The notes: generated by a model from the letters alone, not told the origin. A DNA stretch of 63,987 bases, filler included, from GCA_964501035.1; 9 parts of 9 records of this genome joined end to end with filler, not necessarily neighbours in it, one strand, 5' to 3'. Shown: positions 1 through 11,154, counted from the whole stretch's first letter. Made by a program: numbers and translations.

Positions 1-56
1 GTGTTACCACGAATATCACCAACAGTTGGATTTATTTGCCCAAAGGCTATTTTCAT
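1..56 (-). CDS. nadE: Glutamine-dependent NAD+ synthetase, N-terminus (runs off window)
   Basis: Manual translation MKIAFGQINPTVGDIRGN matches the typical N-terminus of the nitrilase domain of NadE; its ATG directly follows the asnS stop. Not in the ORF track. Confidence 0.75.
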   Translation of the reverse strand, partial: MKIAFGQINPTVGDIRGN

Positions 57-1349
57 TTATGGTTTTAATCGTCCCATGGTTCGGGCGAAGGGGATAGTTT
101 CTCTGATATGTGGTAAATTACAAATCCATGCAACAACACGCTCTATACCCATCCCAAAACCGGAATGTGGCACTGAACCATATCGCCTTAAATCCAAGTA
201 CCACTCATAATCTTCTTGATTTAACTCCTCGTTTGCAATGCGTTCAAGCAGAATATCAATATCAGTTTCTCGTTCTGAACCACCTACAATTTCACCGTAC
301 CCCTCTGAAGCAAGTATATCCATTCCCAATACTACTTTGTCATTTTGAGGGTCACGTTTCATATAAAATGCTTTTATGTCTGACGGAAACCTGTGCACAA
401 TAACTGGTTGATTATACTGCTCAGCAATGAATGTTTCATGAGGAGCACCAAAATCATCACCCCACTCAAAGTCAATACCTCCATCGTTTAAAAGTTTGAC
501 TGCTTCAGTATAACTTATCCGAGGAAATGGTGCTTTAATATTTTCAAGTTTAGAAATATCTCGTTCGAGTATTTCAAGTTCTGTTCGTTTATTTTTCAAT
601 ACTCGTTGAATAATAAACTCGATGAGTTTTTCAGCCCACTCCATATCTTCTTCAATTTCACAGAATGCAATTTCGGGTTCTACCATCCAAAATTCAGTTA
701 AATGACGACGAGTTTTGCTTTTCTCTGCTCTAAATGTAGGTCCAAAATTATAATGACGACCATGTGCCATAGCGGATGCTTCACCATACAATTGTCCTGT
801 TTGAGCCAAATATGCTGTTTCCTCAAAGTATGCTGTGCTAAACAGTGTTGATGTACCCTCAGCTGCGGATGGTGTGAAAATGGGTGAATCTACCAAGGTA
901 AAATCATTGGAATCAAAAAAATCCCGTACTGCCTTTATTATCTCATGTCGTACACGTACAATTGCATGTTGCCTTTTTGAACGTAACCAAAGATGACGGT
1001 GATTCATTAAAAAGTCTGTACCATGTTCTTTAGGAGTAATTGGATAATCAGTACTAATATGGATGACAGTTAAAGATTTTACTAAAATTTCATACCCACC
1101 AGGAGCACGATCATTTTTTACAACTTCTCCTGTTACAGAAAGTGAAGACTCTTGTGTTAGTTTTTTAAATTCTTCGAATTGATCTTCCCCAACATCATTT
1201 TTTACTACTATACATTGGATAATCCCAAATCCATCCCGAAGCATGAGAAAACCAATTTTTCCACTTCTTCGTGAATTATACACCCACCCATTTAACTTTA
1301 CTTCTTGTCCTTCAAATTCACTAATTTTATGTATTCTTGCTACTTGCAT
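57..1349 (-). CDS. asnS: Asparagine--tRNA ligase
   Basis: OB-fold N-terminus ([20 protein letters not shown]), class II motif 2 [21 protein letters not shown], motif 3 [15 protein letters not shown]. Confidence 0.95.
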   Translation of the reverse strand: MQVARIHKISEFEGQEVKLNGWVYNSRRSGKIGFLMLRDGFGIIQCIVVKNDVGEDQFEEFKKLTQESSLSVTGEVVKNDRAPGGYEILVKSLTVIHISTDYPITPKEHGTDFLMNHRHLWLRSKRQHAIVRVRHEIIKAVRDFFDSNDFTLVDSPIFTPSAAEGTSTLFSTAYFEETAYLAQTGQLYGEASAMAHGRHYNFGPTFRAEKSKTRRHLTEFWMVEPEIAFCEIEEDMEWAEKLIEFIIQRVLKNKRTELEILERDISKLENIKAPFPRISYTEAVKLLNDGGIDFEWGDDFGAPHETFIAEQYNQPVIVHRFPSDIKAFYMKRDPQNDKVVLGMDILASEGYGEIVGGSERETDIDILLERIANEELNQEDYEWYLDLRRYGSVPHSGFGMGIERVVAWICNLPHIRETIPFARTMGRLKP

Positions 1350-1371
1350 AAACTTCCTATATAATTTTCAA

Positions 1372-1953
1372 CTACCACGTTGAAGTTATCTCATTTCCAA
1401 TTCGTTCTGTTAATTTTCGTACGGCTATCTTAATTGCACTATCTCTAGGTGGGCCTATTTCATCATCATCTTCACTATCAATTAATCCATCATTATCATT
1501 ATCAATTTTATCTGAATTAATATCAACACCGGTTCCATAAGCACCCCATTCGCTCATATCTTTTTCAAATAGAGGGGTATTGTTGATTAAATCATACCAT
1601 ACTACTTTTGCCTTAATTGTTATTTTCCATTCTTCAACTTGCTCGTAATTTTGACCTGATTCAAGTGTGTATGTATAGGGTTTATCTGTTATTGATTTGA
1701 CTGACACATCTAATTGACTATCTGCAAACTCACGAGATACTAATTCTAAAACATTTTCATTAATCATTAACTCATTAAGTTGTGAGTTCATAAGTTCTGA
1801 AATTGAAAACTCTGTAGATTCATTAATTACTGGCGAAACTGAAATGCTCTGTATATGTGCTGGTAAAGACCCCTTTAGAGAATAAAACCCACATCCAACC
1901 CATACTATTGAGAAGCTCAAAATAAATATATTTATGATTAATTTAATATTCAT
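1372..1953 (-). CDS. lptE: LptE-family LPS assembly lipoprotein
   Basis: Lipobox-like VGC followed by GFYSLKGSLPAHIQSISV, C-terminal ITSTW; sits downstream of a sigma-54 activator as in FCB bacteria. Confidence 0.75.
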   Translation of the reverse strand: MNIKLIINIFILSFSIVWVGCGFYSLKGSLPAHIQSISVSPVINESTEFSISELMNSQLNELMINENVLELVSREFADSQLDVSVKSITDKPYTYTLESGQNYEQVEEWKITIKAKVVWYDLINNTPLFEKDMSEWGAYGTGVDINSDKIDNDNDGLIDSEDDDEIGPPRDSAIKIAVRKLTERIGNEITSTW

Positions 1954-3180
1954 TTACTTACTATTTTTTCTGTCAATTCCATACTCATTTATTTTACGAT
2001 ACAGGGTTCGTTCAGAAATATGTAATGCACGAGCAGTTTTTCTTCGATTACCATTTAACTTCTCCAATGTTCTCTCAATTATTTCCTGTTCCATTTCGCT
2101 CATTGTAAGCTCACCAACCGCTTCATCCTGTATTCCTTTAACCTGTCCATCTTCAATATCGACTAAATTATCCCTATCAATATTACCAACATCTGACCCA
2201 CTAGTTGGAAGAAATAATGCAGGATTTGCAGGTTGCATTTCTTCAGGAGTAATTTTCTTTGTACCTAAGAGCATTTGTTTGATTTCGTTTACATCCTGTC
2301 TGAGAAATAATAATTGTTTTAAAATCAATTCTCTTTCAACTTTGTCAGAATCACTATCTACAAAAACTGGCAAATTTGTGTTTGAAGCATATGTATTTTT
2401 TCCAAAATGTTTATTCACAATTTCTTCAGTTATTCGTTCACCTCTATTCATAACTAACAAGCTTTCGACAGTATTTTTCAACTCTCGAATATTACCTGGC
2501 CATGAGTGATTTTTCAATGCAGTCACTGCCTCTTTGCAAAACCCTTTGAAAGGGATGTCATTTTTTGCAGTGAACTGAAGTCCAAATCGTTCTGCATACA
2601 GATGTAAATCGCTTAAATGTTCTTTTAATGCAGGTACATGCACATTTATAGTTTTTAAACGAAAATACAAATCTTGCCGAAAATTACCATTTTTTACTTC
2701 ATCTGCAAGATTCCTATTTGTTGCAGCCACAATTCTGACATCCACTTTATTTGTTTTAGTATCTCCCACTTTCATAAACTCACCTTGTTCAATAACACGA
2801 AGTAATTTTGCTTGAGTTTCAAGTGGAAGTTCACCTATTTCATCTAAAAATATTGTGCCTTTGTGTGCTGCCTCAAAATATCCTTTTCTAGCTTCAGTAG
2901 CACCTGTAAATGAACCTTTTTTATGACCAAACAATTCGCTTTCTATAATGCCTGCAGGAATAGCAGCACAATTGACAGTTATTAATGATTCAAATTTACG
3001 ACGACTGTTTTTGTGAATAGCTTTAGCAACCATTTCTTTTCCGGATCCTGAATCGCCAGTCACTAAAACTGAAATATCTGTATTGGCAACTTGACCAATT
3101 AAAGTTAACATTTCGATTATTTGTTCAGATTCGCCAATTATCCCTACTGAACGACGGATTTTTTCAATATCAATTATCAT
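1954..3180 (-). CDS. Sigma-54-interacting AAA+ transcriptional regulator with Fis HTH, no receiver domain
   Basis: GDSGSGKE Walker A, ESELFGHKKGSFTGA, FLDEIGE, WPGNIREL, C-terminal HTH ARALHISERTLYRK. Confidence 0.92.
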   Translation of the reverse strand: MIIDIEKIRRSVGIIGESEQIIEMLTLIGQVANTDISVLVTGDSGSGKEMVAKAIHKNSRRKFESLITVNCAAIPAGIIESELFGHKKGSFTGATEARKGYFEAAHKGTIFLDEIGELPLETQAKLLRVIEQGEFMKVGDTKTNKVDVRIVAATNRNLADEVKNGNFRQDLYFRLKTINVHVPALKEHLSDLHLYAERFGLQFTAKNDIPFKGFCKEAVTALKNHSWPGNIRELKNTVESLLVMNRGERITEEIVNKHFGKNTYASNTNLPVFVDSDSDKVERELILKQLLFLRQDVNEIKQMLLGTKKITPEEMQPANPALFLPTSGSDVGNIDRDNLVDIEDGQVKGIQDEAVGELTMSEMEQEIIERTLEKLNGNRRKTARALHISERTLYRKINEYGIDRKNSK

Positions 3181-4463
3181 TGTTTACCCTCATTTAGGTA
3201 TTTCAACCCTCTTTGACCAATATCTTTGCGATAAAATTTACCACTAAAATCTACTTTTTCTACAATTCTATATGCATCTTGGATTGCAGAAACAAGGTTA
3301 TTACCAAACCCAACTACATTTAACACACGTCCACCGGATGTAACGATTCTACCATTTTCTTTTTTTTGTGTACCTGCATGAAAAACTAAATCACCATCCA
3401 TATTTTCTAAACCATGTATCTCCATTCCTTTTGGATATGAAGCTGGATAACCTTCTGCAGATAACACAACGGTAACTGCAGTTTTTGTGGAAATTTCTAC
3501 ATTATACTCTACTAACTTTCCATCGGTGGCTTTGGAAAGCAACTCATATAAAGATGATTTTAACAATGGAAAAACAACTTGTGTTTCTGGATCACCCATT
3601 CGCACATTAAATTCAATCACAAATGGTTCTTTATTGACAATCATAATCCCAGCATATAAAAAGCCAACAAATGGATTCCCTTTATCTACCATTGCATCTA
3701 ACGTGGGTTTAATAATTTGTTGGCTTACTTTTGAAATCATATCAGGTGTCGATAATGGAGTTGGTGAATATGCACCCATTCCACCCGTGTTTGGACCTAA
3801 ATCACCATCATAGGCTCTTTTGTGATCTTGAGCAGAATTTAAAATTACAAAGTCATTCCCGTCGCATACTGCAAACACAGAAAGTTCTTCACCAATTAAA
3901 CATTTTTCAACAGATACTTCATTACATGCTTCGCCGAAAGCGGCGTCATCATACATTACTTTCATCGCATCATTAAACTCAATTTCAGTATGGCAAACAA
4001 GCACACCTTTTCCTGCTGCTAATCCATCAGCTTTCAAAACGATTGGTAGTTCAAGTATTTCTTTAACTCTTTCTGCTTTATCTCTTGTATTACAAGAATA
4101 ATACTCAGGTTGTGGAATATTATATTCCTTCATCACATCTCTAGCAAAAAGCTTACTACTTTCTAACTGAGAGGCAAATTTATTGGGACCAAAAATACGT
4201 AAACCTTCAGCATTAAATGCATCAACAATTCCTTCTGACAATGGTGCTTCTGGACCAACAATTGTCAAATCGATATTGTTTTGTTTCGCAAATTCAATAA
4301 CGGTTTGATGATTGGAAATATCTAAACCAATATTAGTAGAAATTAAGGCAGTACCTCCATTTCCTGGCGCACAAAAAATTTGACCTACATTTTGATCTTC
4401 ATGCAAAGATTTTACGAATGCATGCTCTCTACCACCACTACCAATTACAAGTATATTTTTCAT
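3177..4463 (-). CDS. purD: Phosphoribosylamine--glycine ligase
   Basis: ILVIGSGGREHA, APGNGG, KADGLAAGKGV, QDHKRAYDGDLGPNTGGMGAYSP, TSGGRVL. Start moved to ATG 4463. Confidence 0.96.
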   Translation of the reverse strand: MKNILVIGSGGREHAFVKSLHEDQNVGQIFCAPGNGGTALISTNIGLDISNHQTVIEFAKQNNIDLTIVGPEAPLSEGIVDAFNAEGLRIFGPNKFASQLESSKLFARDVMKEYNIPQPEYYSCNTRDKAERVKEILELPIVLKADGLAAGKGVLVCHTEIEFNDAMKVMYDDAAFGEACNEVSVEKCLIGEELSVFAVCDGNDFVILNSAQDHKRAYDGDLGPNTGGMGAYSPTPLSTPDMISKVSQQIIKPTLDAMVDKGNPFVGFLYAGIMIVNKEPFVIEFNVRMGDPETQVVFPLLKSSLYELLSKATDGKLVEYNVEISTKTAVTVVLSAEGYPASYPKGMEIHGLENMDGDLVFHAGTQKKENGRIVTSGGRVLNVVGFGNNLVSAIQDAYRIVEKVDFSGKFYRKDIGQRGLKYLNEGKQ

Positions 4464-4464
4464 T

Positions 4465-6462
4465 TTATTTTTTTCCATATTCAATTTTAACTTGATCAAT
4501 CTGATCGCGCAATATTGCCGCATCTTCAAACTGAAGATTACGTGCACATTTTAACATTTTTCTTTCTAGTTGTTTCACAATATCATTCAACTCAATTTCT
4601 TCTAGAGAATTTACATCAATCTCTGGGAGTTTATCGGGTGTATACGATTCCTTCTCATCAGCAACGGCTGTACTGAGTTTGATATCATCTACAGATTTAT
4701 AAACAGTTTTCGGATTAATTTTATTTACTTCGTTGTATTCTTCTTGTAATTTTCGCCTTCTATTGGTTTCGTCTATTAAATGCTGCATAGATTTAGTAAT
4801 TCGGTCACCATATAGAATTACTTGTCCATTTATGTTTCGAGCTGCACGCCCTGCTACTTGCATTAATGAAGATTTTGACCGCAAAAATCCTTCTTTGTCA
4901 GCATCTAACACAGCAACCAGTGAAACCTCAGGCAAATCTAATCCTTCGCGAAGTAGATTTATACCCACAAGAACATCAAACTCCTTTAATCGAAGTCCTC
5001 TAAGAATTTTGACCCGTTCTATAGTATCAATCCCACTATGCATATATTCCGCTTTAATCCCCACACCCTTTAAAAATTCTGTCAAATCCTCAGACATGCG
5101 CTTGGTTAGAGTAGTTATCAACACTCTCTCATATCGTGAGACAACTTTTTTTACTTCACCAATCAAATCATCAATTTGCCCTTTAGTTGGTTTTAGTTTT
5201 ATGCTTGGATCCAACAAACCAGTGGGGCGAATAATTTGCTCAACAATTGCACCACCTGTTTTGTCCAATTCATAATCTCCAGGGGTAGCGGATACAAAAA
5301 TTAGCTGACCAACTTTTTCTTCGAATTCATGAAACTTCATAGGTCTGTTATCAAGTGCTGATGGCAGTCTAAACCCATGCTCTACTAAAGTATCTTTGCG
5401 TGCCTTATCACCGTTATACATAGCACGTATCTGAGGTAAAGACACATGGGATTCATCAATTATCATCATAAAATCACCTGGAAAAAAATCTAAGAGAGTG
5501 TTTGGACGCTCTCCAACTTTTCGGCCATCTAAGTGCCTCGAATAATTTTCAATGCCTGAGCAATACCCAAGTTCAGTCATCATTTCTAAATCATAAAGTG
5601 TACGTTGCTCAAGCCTTTGAGCTTCAAGTAATGCACCATTAGCACGCAAATCTTTTAATCTGTCATATAACTCAACTCTGATATCATCCATCGATCGTTT
5701 TAAGTTTTCTTCGGTTGTGACAAAGTGTTTTGCAGGATACACATACAACTCATTTTGAGTGCGAACTACTTCACCAGTTAAAGGATGAAAAAAACTAATA
5801 GATTCAATTTCATCACCAAACAATTCAATCCTAACTGCTTGTTCATCATATACAGGAAAAACTTCAATTACATCGCCACGTACTCGAAATGTACCTGGTT
5901 CTAAAATTAAATCATTCCGAACATAATGAATATTCACTAATTGTTTTAGAAATTCTTTGGTATTAATTGTGTCACCATTCGAAATATGCACTAATAAATT
6001 TTTATACTCATCGGGCGATCCTATACCATAAATACAACTCACACTGGCAATTATTATAACATCTTTCCGGGAAATTAACGATGTAGTAGCTTTTAACCTA
6101 AGCCTATCAATCTCTTCATTAACTGACGAATCTTTTTCAATGAATGTGTCTGTAACAGGCATATATGCTTCTGGTTGATAATAATCATAATATGAAATAA
6201 AAAATTCAACAGCATTTTCTGGAAATAGAGATTTAAATTCACCATATAACTGTGCTGCTAATGTTTTGTTATGTGATAAGATAAGTGTTGGTCGCTGTAC
6301 TTCCTGGATAACATTTGCCATAGTAAATGTTTTACCTGAACCTGTTATCCCAAGCAATACTTGATGTTTCTCTTTATTATTCAACCCATTGACAATAGAT
6401 TTTACTGCATTTGGTTGATCACCAGCAAGTTGAAATGGTGATTGTATATTAAAACATGACAT
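4465..6462 (-). CDS. uvrB: Excinuclease ABC subunit B
   Basis: [54 protein letters not shown]-terminal UVR motif [11 protein letters not shown]. Confidence 0.98.
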   Translation of the reverse strand: MSCFNIQSPFQLAGDQPNAVKSIVNGLNNKEKHQVLLGITGSGKTFTMANVIQEVQRPTLILSHNKTLAAQLYGEFKSLFPENAVEFFISYYDYYQPEAYMPVTDTFIEKDSSVNEEIDRLRLKATTSLISRKDVIIIASVSCIYGIGSPDEYKNLLVHISNGDTINTKEFLKQLVNIHYVRNDLILEPGTFRVRGDVIEVFPVYDEQAVRIELFGDEIESISFFHPLTGEVVRTQNELYVYPAKHFVTTEENLKRSMDDIRVELYDRLKDLRANGALLEAQRLEQRTLYDLEMMTELGYCSGIENYSRHLDGRKVGERPNTLLDFFPGDFMMIIDESHVSLPQIRAMYNGDKARKDTLVEHGFRLPSALDNRPMKFHEFEEKVGQLIFVSATPGDYELDKTGGAIVEQIIRPTGLLDPSIKLKPTKGQIDDLIGEVKKVVSRYERVLITTLTKRMSEDLTEFLKGVGIKAEYMHSGIDTIERVKILRGLRLKEFDVLVGINLLREGLDLPEVSLVAVLDADKEGFLRSKSSLMQVAGRAARNINGQVILYGDRITKSMQHLIDETNRRRKLQEEYNEVNKINPKTVYKSVDDIKLSTAVADEKESYTPDKLPEIDVNSLEEIELNDIVKQLERKMLKCARNLQFEDAAILRDQIDQVKIEYGKK

Positions 6463-6556
6463 ATTGACCTATAATTTACAATCTTTAGTCAATAAAATAA
6501 AATGTCAATATTGCATATTTTCAATAATATTTAAATTTCAATTAGAAGTTAAAATC

Positions 6557-7126
6557 TCATCGACTTCTTCTCAATATTTGACTTTCATACATTGATTTTA
6601 GATTTAGAGACTCCATAGATAGTGGGATTACTTTTACAAAGCTATCTCTTATTCCATTGTCCCATTCTTTTAATATATTATCAGCTAATGGTGATCTTGT
6701 ATGAAATTTATGGCTTCTAATCATTCTCCAAAGTAAATTAATATCAGATTGATTAAGTTGTTCTAGTTTAACATATTCTTTGTTAATATTTTCTAAATTC
6801 TGCTTTGAAGAATAATATATATACGTAACTCCTCCTGTCATTCCAGCACCATATACACGATATTTAATATTTCCCTTAAATCCACCTGATCCGTGCAAAA
6901 ACATAATTTCTCCAGACAACCTTGTGCCCACTGCTCTATCTGTATTTTGGATTGGTTTCTTTATGACAGCATATCCCTGTGTCATAATTGCCAAACGAAC
7001 TTCATCAAAATGTATTTTAGAATGAGGTGAAGTTTGAATAATTTTTCCCGTTGGATGCACTGCAAGCTTCTTCCCCTCTTTACCAAGTAAAACCTTGCTT
7101 AAATCCAATCTATGTGGGCAGGTCAA
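6557..7126 (-). pseudogene. gltB: Internally deleted C-terminal remnant of glutamate synthase large subunit (GXGXG domain)
   Basis: LDLSKVL, IQNTDRAVGTRLSGEI, GAGMTGGVTYIY, HTRSPLADNILKEW and FVKVIP are GltB C-terminal motifs; the beta-helix repeats and all upstream domains are missing; TTG start lies only 12 bp from the divergent msrA ATG. Confidence 0.7.
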
Positions 7127-7138
7127 ATTTATAGAAAT

Positions 7139-7663
7139 ATGGAAAAAGCAACTTTAGGTGCAGGATGTTTTTGGTGTATTGAGGCAATTTTTAAAGATTT
7201 AAATGGAGTATATCACGTAGAACCAGGCTATTCTGGAGGTATAATAGAAAATCCTACATATGAAGAAGTCTGCAAGGGAAGCACAAATCATGCAGAAGTG
7301 TGTAGAATTTTATTTAATCCTAGCTTAATCAAATTTTCACAACTTTTAGATATGTTTTGGTCAATTCATGATCCCACCTCGTTGAATAAACAAGGTGAGG
7401 ATATTGGCACTCAATATAGATCCGTCATTTTCACACATACAGATATTCAAAGAGAAATTGCTAAGGCATCATTAAAACGGATGGATGAAATGAATGTGTA
7501 CTCTAAAACTATTGTAACAGAAATTTCTCACCTTGAAAACTATTACCCTGCTGAAAATTATCATTATGATTATTACAAAAATAATCCAAACAACCCATAT
7601 TGTTCTCTTGTTATTAAACCAAAAGTAGATAAATTTAAGAAATGGAGAAGTAATGAAAACTAA
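7139..7663 (+). CDS. msrA: Peptide methionine sulfoxide reductase A
   Basis: GAGCFWCIE, GYSGG, NPTYEEVC, HDPTSLNKQGEDIGTQYRS, NPYC. Start set at ATG 7139. Confidence 0.95.
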   Translation: MEKATLGAGCFWCIEAIFKDLNGVYHVEPGYSGGIIENPTYEEVCKGSTNHAEVCRILFNPSLIKFSQLLDMFWSIHDPTSLNKQGEDIGTQYRSVIFTHTDIQREIAKASLKRMDEMNVYSKTIVTEISHLENYYPAENYHYDYYKNNPNNPYCSLVIKPKVDKFKKWRSNEN

Positions 7664-8003
7664 AATTGAATGGTTAGAAATTCCAGCCCCAGATTTAGAC
7701 AAAGCAAAATCGTTTTACAGCATAGTATTTAATTGGACTATGGAAGAATATACGCCTGAATTTTGCGTGTTTAATTTAGAAGGATTTCATGGTGGTTTAA
7801 ACAAAAACAGGAAACGAATTGCAAAATCTGAAGGAATTATTTTTTCAATTTCCGTTGACGATATAAATACTACATTAGATAAAATTGTTAAACATGGTGG
7901 TAAAATCATAGAAAAGAAATATGAAATTGGAAAAGATATTGGATTTGCAGCAATGTTCAGTGACCCAAATGGAAACCATATTGAATTATGGTCAAAACAA
8001 TAA
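7653..8003 (+). CDS. VOC/glyoxalase family protein
   Basis: WLEIPAPDLDKAKSFYSIVFNW, VDDI, GGKI, FSDPNGNHIELW. Confidence 0.88.
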   Translation: MKTKIEWLEIPAPDLDKAKSFYSIVFNWTMEEYTPEFCVFNLEGFHGGLNKNRKRIAKSEGIIFSISVDDINTTLDKIVKHGGKIIEKKYEIGKDIGFAAMFSDPNGNHIELWSKQ

Positions 8004-8010
8004 ATTTTAC

Positions 8011-9186
8011 TTAAACACTGCTTTTTAGTTTTTCAGCAATATGAACAGGAAAGTTTGTTTTTGATATAATTTCATCTATGCTTGAATTTTGAATTGCTTC
8101 AATGGAATCAAAATTTTCCCATAGAACCCTAAGACGTTTTGGTCCAATACCTTGAATATCTTCGAACTGAGATTTTATCATTGCTTTACCTCGTCGATTT
8201 CTATGAAAAGATATAGCAAATCTGTGAACTTCATCACGAATTTGTCTCAACAAAAACAATCCAGGTGATGTTTTTGCAATGTTCTGTGGATCAGACATAT
8301 TTGGTTTAAATACTTCTTCTAATTTTTTAGCTAGACCAATTATCGGAATAAAATCTAAACCCAATTCATCCATGGCTTGCTTTGCTGAAGACAATTGTCC
8401 TTTACCTCCATCAATTACAATCAAATCAGGCAAAGTTGATTTCTCCTTCAACACACGTGTGTATCTCCGACTTACGACCTCTTTCATTGAAGCAAAATCA
8501 TCAATTCCATCAATTGTTTTTATTTTATATTTTCTATATTCAGATTTTCTAGGTTTACCTTCTATAAAACAAACCATTCCAGCTACAGGATGTGCACCCT
8601 GAATATTAGAATTATCAAATGCTTCAATTCTTCTTGGGGGAACGCTCAAACCCAAATCTTCTTGGAGTTGAGCAACCATCTTAGGAACTAATTCTTTTTG
8701 CCGTGTTTTCCGAATGATTAACTCATTTAATAATAAATCTGAATTTCTTCTACACATTTTAACTAACTTTTGCTTTTCACCTTTTTGTGGAACTACAATA
8801 TGAACACGCCTACCTTTTTCATGGGTGAGCCATAATTCTATTTTAGGTAACTCATCAGTTTTATGCTCAACTAATATTTCTTTAGGGATATCTGATGTTG
8901 TGGAATAATACTGCATTAAAAATTGTGTTAAAACTAAAATTTCATTATCAGATGGATGGATTTTAACTGGAAACTTTTCACGACCTATCAAATTCCCATT
9001 TCGAATACGCATTACCACTCCAATTGCCAAGGTATTTTCTTGTGAAGTTGTTATAATATCTTGATTTTTGAAATCTTGTGTCAGTTTCTTTTGCCTTTTA
9101 GTAAACTCTCGAATTGCCAACAATTGATCTCTATAATGTGCCGCACTTTCAAATTCTTTTTTATGACTTGCAATATCCATTTGTGA
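8011..9186 (-). CDS. uvrC: Excinuclease ABC subunit C, C-terminal part (5' end in gap)
   Basis: FESAAHYRDQ, RIEAFDNSNIQG, DDFASMKEV, PDLIVIDGGKGQLS, RDEVHRFAISFHR, HhH GIGPKR. Confidence 0.95.
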   Translation of the reverse strand, partial: SQMDIASHKKEFESAAHYRDQLLAIREFTKRQKKLTQDFKNQDIITTSQENTLAIGVVMRIRNGNLIGREKFPVKIHPSDNEILVLTQFLMQYYSTTSDIPKEILVEHKTDELPKIELWLTHEKGRRVHIVVPQKGEKQKLVKMCRRNSDLLLNELIIRKTRQKELVPKMVAQLQEDLGLSVPPRRIEAFDNSNIQGAHPVAGMVCFIEGKPRKSEYRKYKIKTIDGIDDFASMKEVVSRRYTRVLKEKSTLPDLIVIDGGKGQLSSAKQAMDELGLDFIPIIGLAKKLEEVFKPNMSDPQNIAKTSPGLFLLRQIRDEVHRFAISFHRNRRGKAMIKSQFEDIQGIGPKRLRVLWENFDSIEAIQNSSIDEIISKTNFPVHIAEKLKSSV

Positions 9187-9187
9187 T

Positions 9188-9287
9188 NNNNNNNNNNNNN
9201 NNNNNNNNNNNNNNNNNNNNNNNNNNNNNNNTTAATTAATTAANNNNNNNNNNNNNNNNNNNNNNNNNNNNNNNNNNNNNNNNNNNN
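9188..9287. other. Artificial contig-join spacer (N44-TTAATTAATTAA-N44); equivalent spacers at 18344-18443, 27409-27508, 34713-34812, 41886-41985, 48982-49081, 55466-55565 and 61807-61906
   Basis: Identical 100-nt layout at each site, with a linker giving stops in all six frames; genes are truncated at the edges. Confidence 0.97.
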
Positions 9288-9289
9288 AA

Positions 9290-9946
9290 TCAGTTTCAAT
9301 TTTTAATGGTATAACTGAAAAGCAAATTGATGAAGTAGATTTAGTTTGTACAACAAGGAAATACCCCAAAAACAGTATGATCATATTGGAAGAAGAATTT
9401 GGGGACGTTGTATTTATTGTTATGACAGGAACTGTAAAGATAACTCGGGTCAATGATGAAGGTAAAGAGGTCATTCTTGCTTTACTTGGTGAAGGTGAAA
9501 TATTTGGCGAAATGGCAATTTTAGATGGTGAGGCGCGTTCCGCTAATGCTTTAGCTCAAGAGGATTGTGAACTTGTTGCGATAAATAGTGAAGAGTTTCT
9601 CGCAGTATTAAAAAATAATTTCCAAATTTCATTTAATTTAATGGGTGAATTAGCGCTTAGAATTCGAAAATCAGATCAACAGATTGAAGCATTATCTTTA
9701 TCTGATGCAGAGCATAGAATAGGTGTATCAATCTTAAATTTAGCGGAGGATATGGGAATTATTCGAAATGGTCAAGTAACAATACAGAATTTACCCTATC
9801 AACAAGATATAGCAAATATGTCTGGAACTTCACGAGAAACGGTGTCGCGTATTTTAAGATTATTTGAGAAAAAAAATATTGTGACAAAAGAAGGTCATAT
9901 ATTGGTTATTCCAAATTATTCAAATTTTAAGAGATATTTTGGATAG
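9290..9946 (+). CDS. Crp/Fnr family regulator (5' partial)
   Basis: cNMP-binding FGEMAILDGEARSANA and HTH QQDIANMSGTSRETVSR; frame is open back to the gap. Confidence 0.92.
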   Translation, partial: SVSIFNGITEKQIDEVDLVCTTRKYPKNSMIILEEEFGDVVFIVMTGTVKITRVNDEGKEVILALLGEGEIFGEMAILDGEARSANALAQEDCELVAINSEEFLAVLKNNFQISFNLMGELALRIRKSDQQIEALSLSDAEHRIGVSILNLAEDMGIIRNGQVTIQNLPYQQDIANMSGTSRETVSRILRLFEKKNIVTKEGHILVIPNYSNFKRYFG

Positions 9947-9969
9947 TTAGCTCATACTAGGAGCGTTGA

Positions 9970-10155
9970 ATGAAAGAATATAAATTTGAATCTGTGAGTC
10001 AGATGTTAAGTAGCAAAAAATTTACAGATAAAGTTAATAATTTACTAAATGATTATTCCGAAAACGGGTGGGATTTAGAAAAAATGAAACATGGGTGGAA
10101 TAATTGGTTGTCATCTACCTTATATTTTGTATTTTCTCGAAACAAAGAGAAATAA
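9970..10155 (+). CDS. Small DUF4177-like protein
   Basis: MKEYKF...LNDYSENGWDL...FVFSR pattern; AGGAG RBS upstream. Confidence 0.7.
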   Translation: MKEYKFESVSQMLSSKKFTDKVNNLLNDYSENGWDLEKMKHGWNNWLSSTLYFVFSRNKEK

Positions 10156-10215
10156 CCTTACATCTTATAAATTATTCTTTCTAGTTAATAAAACGAAATT
10201 CCGTAATTTATCCCT

Positions 10216-11154
10216 GTGTACACACCATTAATACAGGGTTTATCCATAAAAAATAAACAAGCGATAGCGCGCTCAATTTCTGTTGTTGAAAATGAAAAAC
10301 ATAACAGCAGAGATTTTTTGTCTCAAATTTACCCCAAAACAGGTAATGCTTATAGAATTGGAGTTACTGGTCCTCCTGGTGCTGGGAAAAGCTCACTGAC
10401 AGATCAATTAATTCAACAATTTAGAGAAGAAGAAAAATCCGTTGCTGTTGTTGGAGTTGATCCTTCAAGTCCATTTTCTGGGGGAGCATTATTAGGCGAT
10501 CGAATTCGCATGACACGGCATTTTAGTGACGACAAGGTTTTTATTCGAAGTATGGCAAGCCGTGGAGGGCATGGTGGACTTGCTCAAAAAACTCAAGAAG
10601 TGGGTGATGTTTTGGATGCAGCAGGATTTGATGTTATCATTTTTGAAACTGTTGGTGTGGGACAAGTGGAGCTTGATGTTGTTCAAGCAGCGGATAGTGT
10701 ACTTGTGGTGTTAGTACCTGAATCGGGTGATGATATTCAAATGATGAAAGCAGGGTTAATGGAAATAGCCGATATTTTTGTCATTAATAAAGCAGATAGA
10801 TCAGGTGCAAATAAACTTTTTATTTCAATACAAAATCTTTTATCAACCATTCAACATGATGAAAATAATTGGCTTCCAAATGTTGTAAAAACAATTGCTA
10901 CAGAATCATCTGGGGTTTCGGAATTAGTATGTGAAATTCAAAAACATCAGAATTTTATACATGAAACAGGTATTTGGAAACAAAAATTAAATGAACGCTA
11001 TGCCCGACAAGTGAATGAATTGATTTCTCAAAAACTACAATCTACATTTTGGATAGAATCAAAACAAAATTTACTTCAACAAAAATTAAAAGAAGAAAGA
11101 ACTACTAGATTATCACCACAAGAATTAGCGAAAGAATTACTTAATAATGCCTAA
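10216..11154 (+). CDS. meaB: Methylmalonyl-CoA mutase-associated GTPase MeaB/ArgK
   Basis: GVTGPPGAGKSS, VDPSSPFSGGALLGDRIRM, ETVGVGQ, KAGLMEIADIFVINKAD. Confidence 0.95.
   Translation: MYTPLIQGLSIKNKQAIARSISVVENEKHNSRDFLSQIYPKTGNAYRIGVTGPPGAGKSSLTDQLIQQFREEEKSVAVVGVDPSSPFSGGALLGDRIRMTRHFSDDKVFIRSMASRGGHGGLAQKTQEVGDVLDAAGFDVIIFETVGVGQVELDVVQAADSVLVVLVPESGDDIQMMKAGLMEIADIFVINKADRSGANKLFISIQNLLSTIQHDENNWLPNVVKTIATESSGVSELVCEIQKHQNFIHETGIWKQKLNERYARQVNELISQKLQSTFWIESKQNLLQQKLKEERTTRLSPQELAKELLNNA

Noticed and set aside
6461..6511. Inverted repeats (ATATTGAC/GTCAATAT) upstream of uvrB as an SOS-type operator
   Set aside because: Short, in very AT-rich sequence, and not matching a LexA box I can support.
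7139..7663. MsrA as a second selenoprotein
   Set aside because: The active site is GCFWC with ordinary Cys codons and there is no in-frame TGA.
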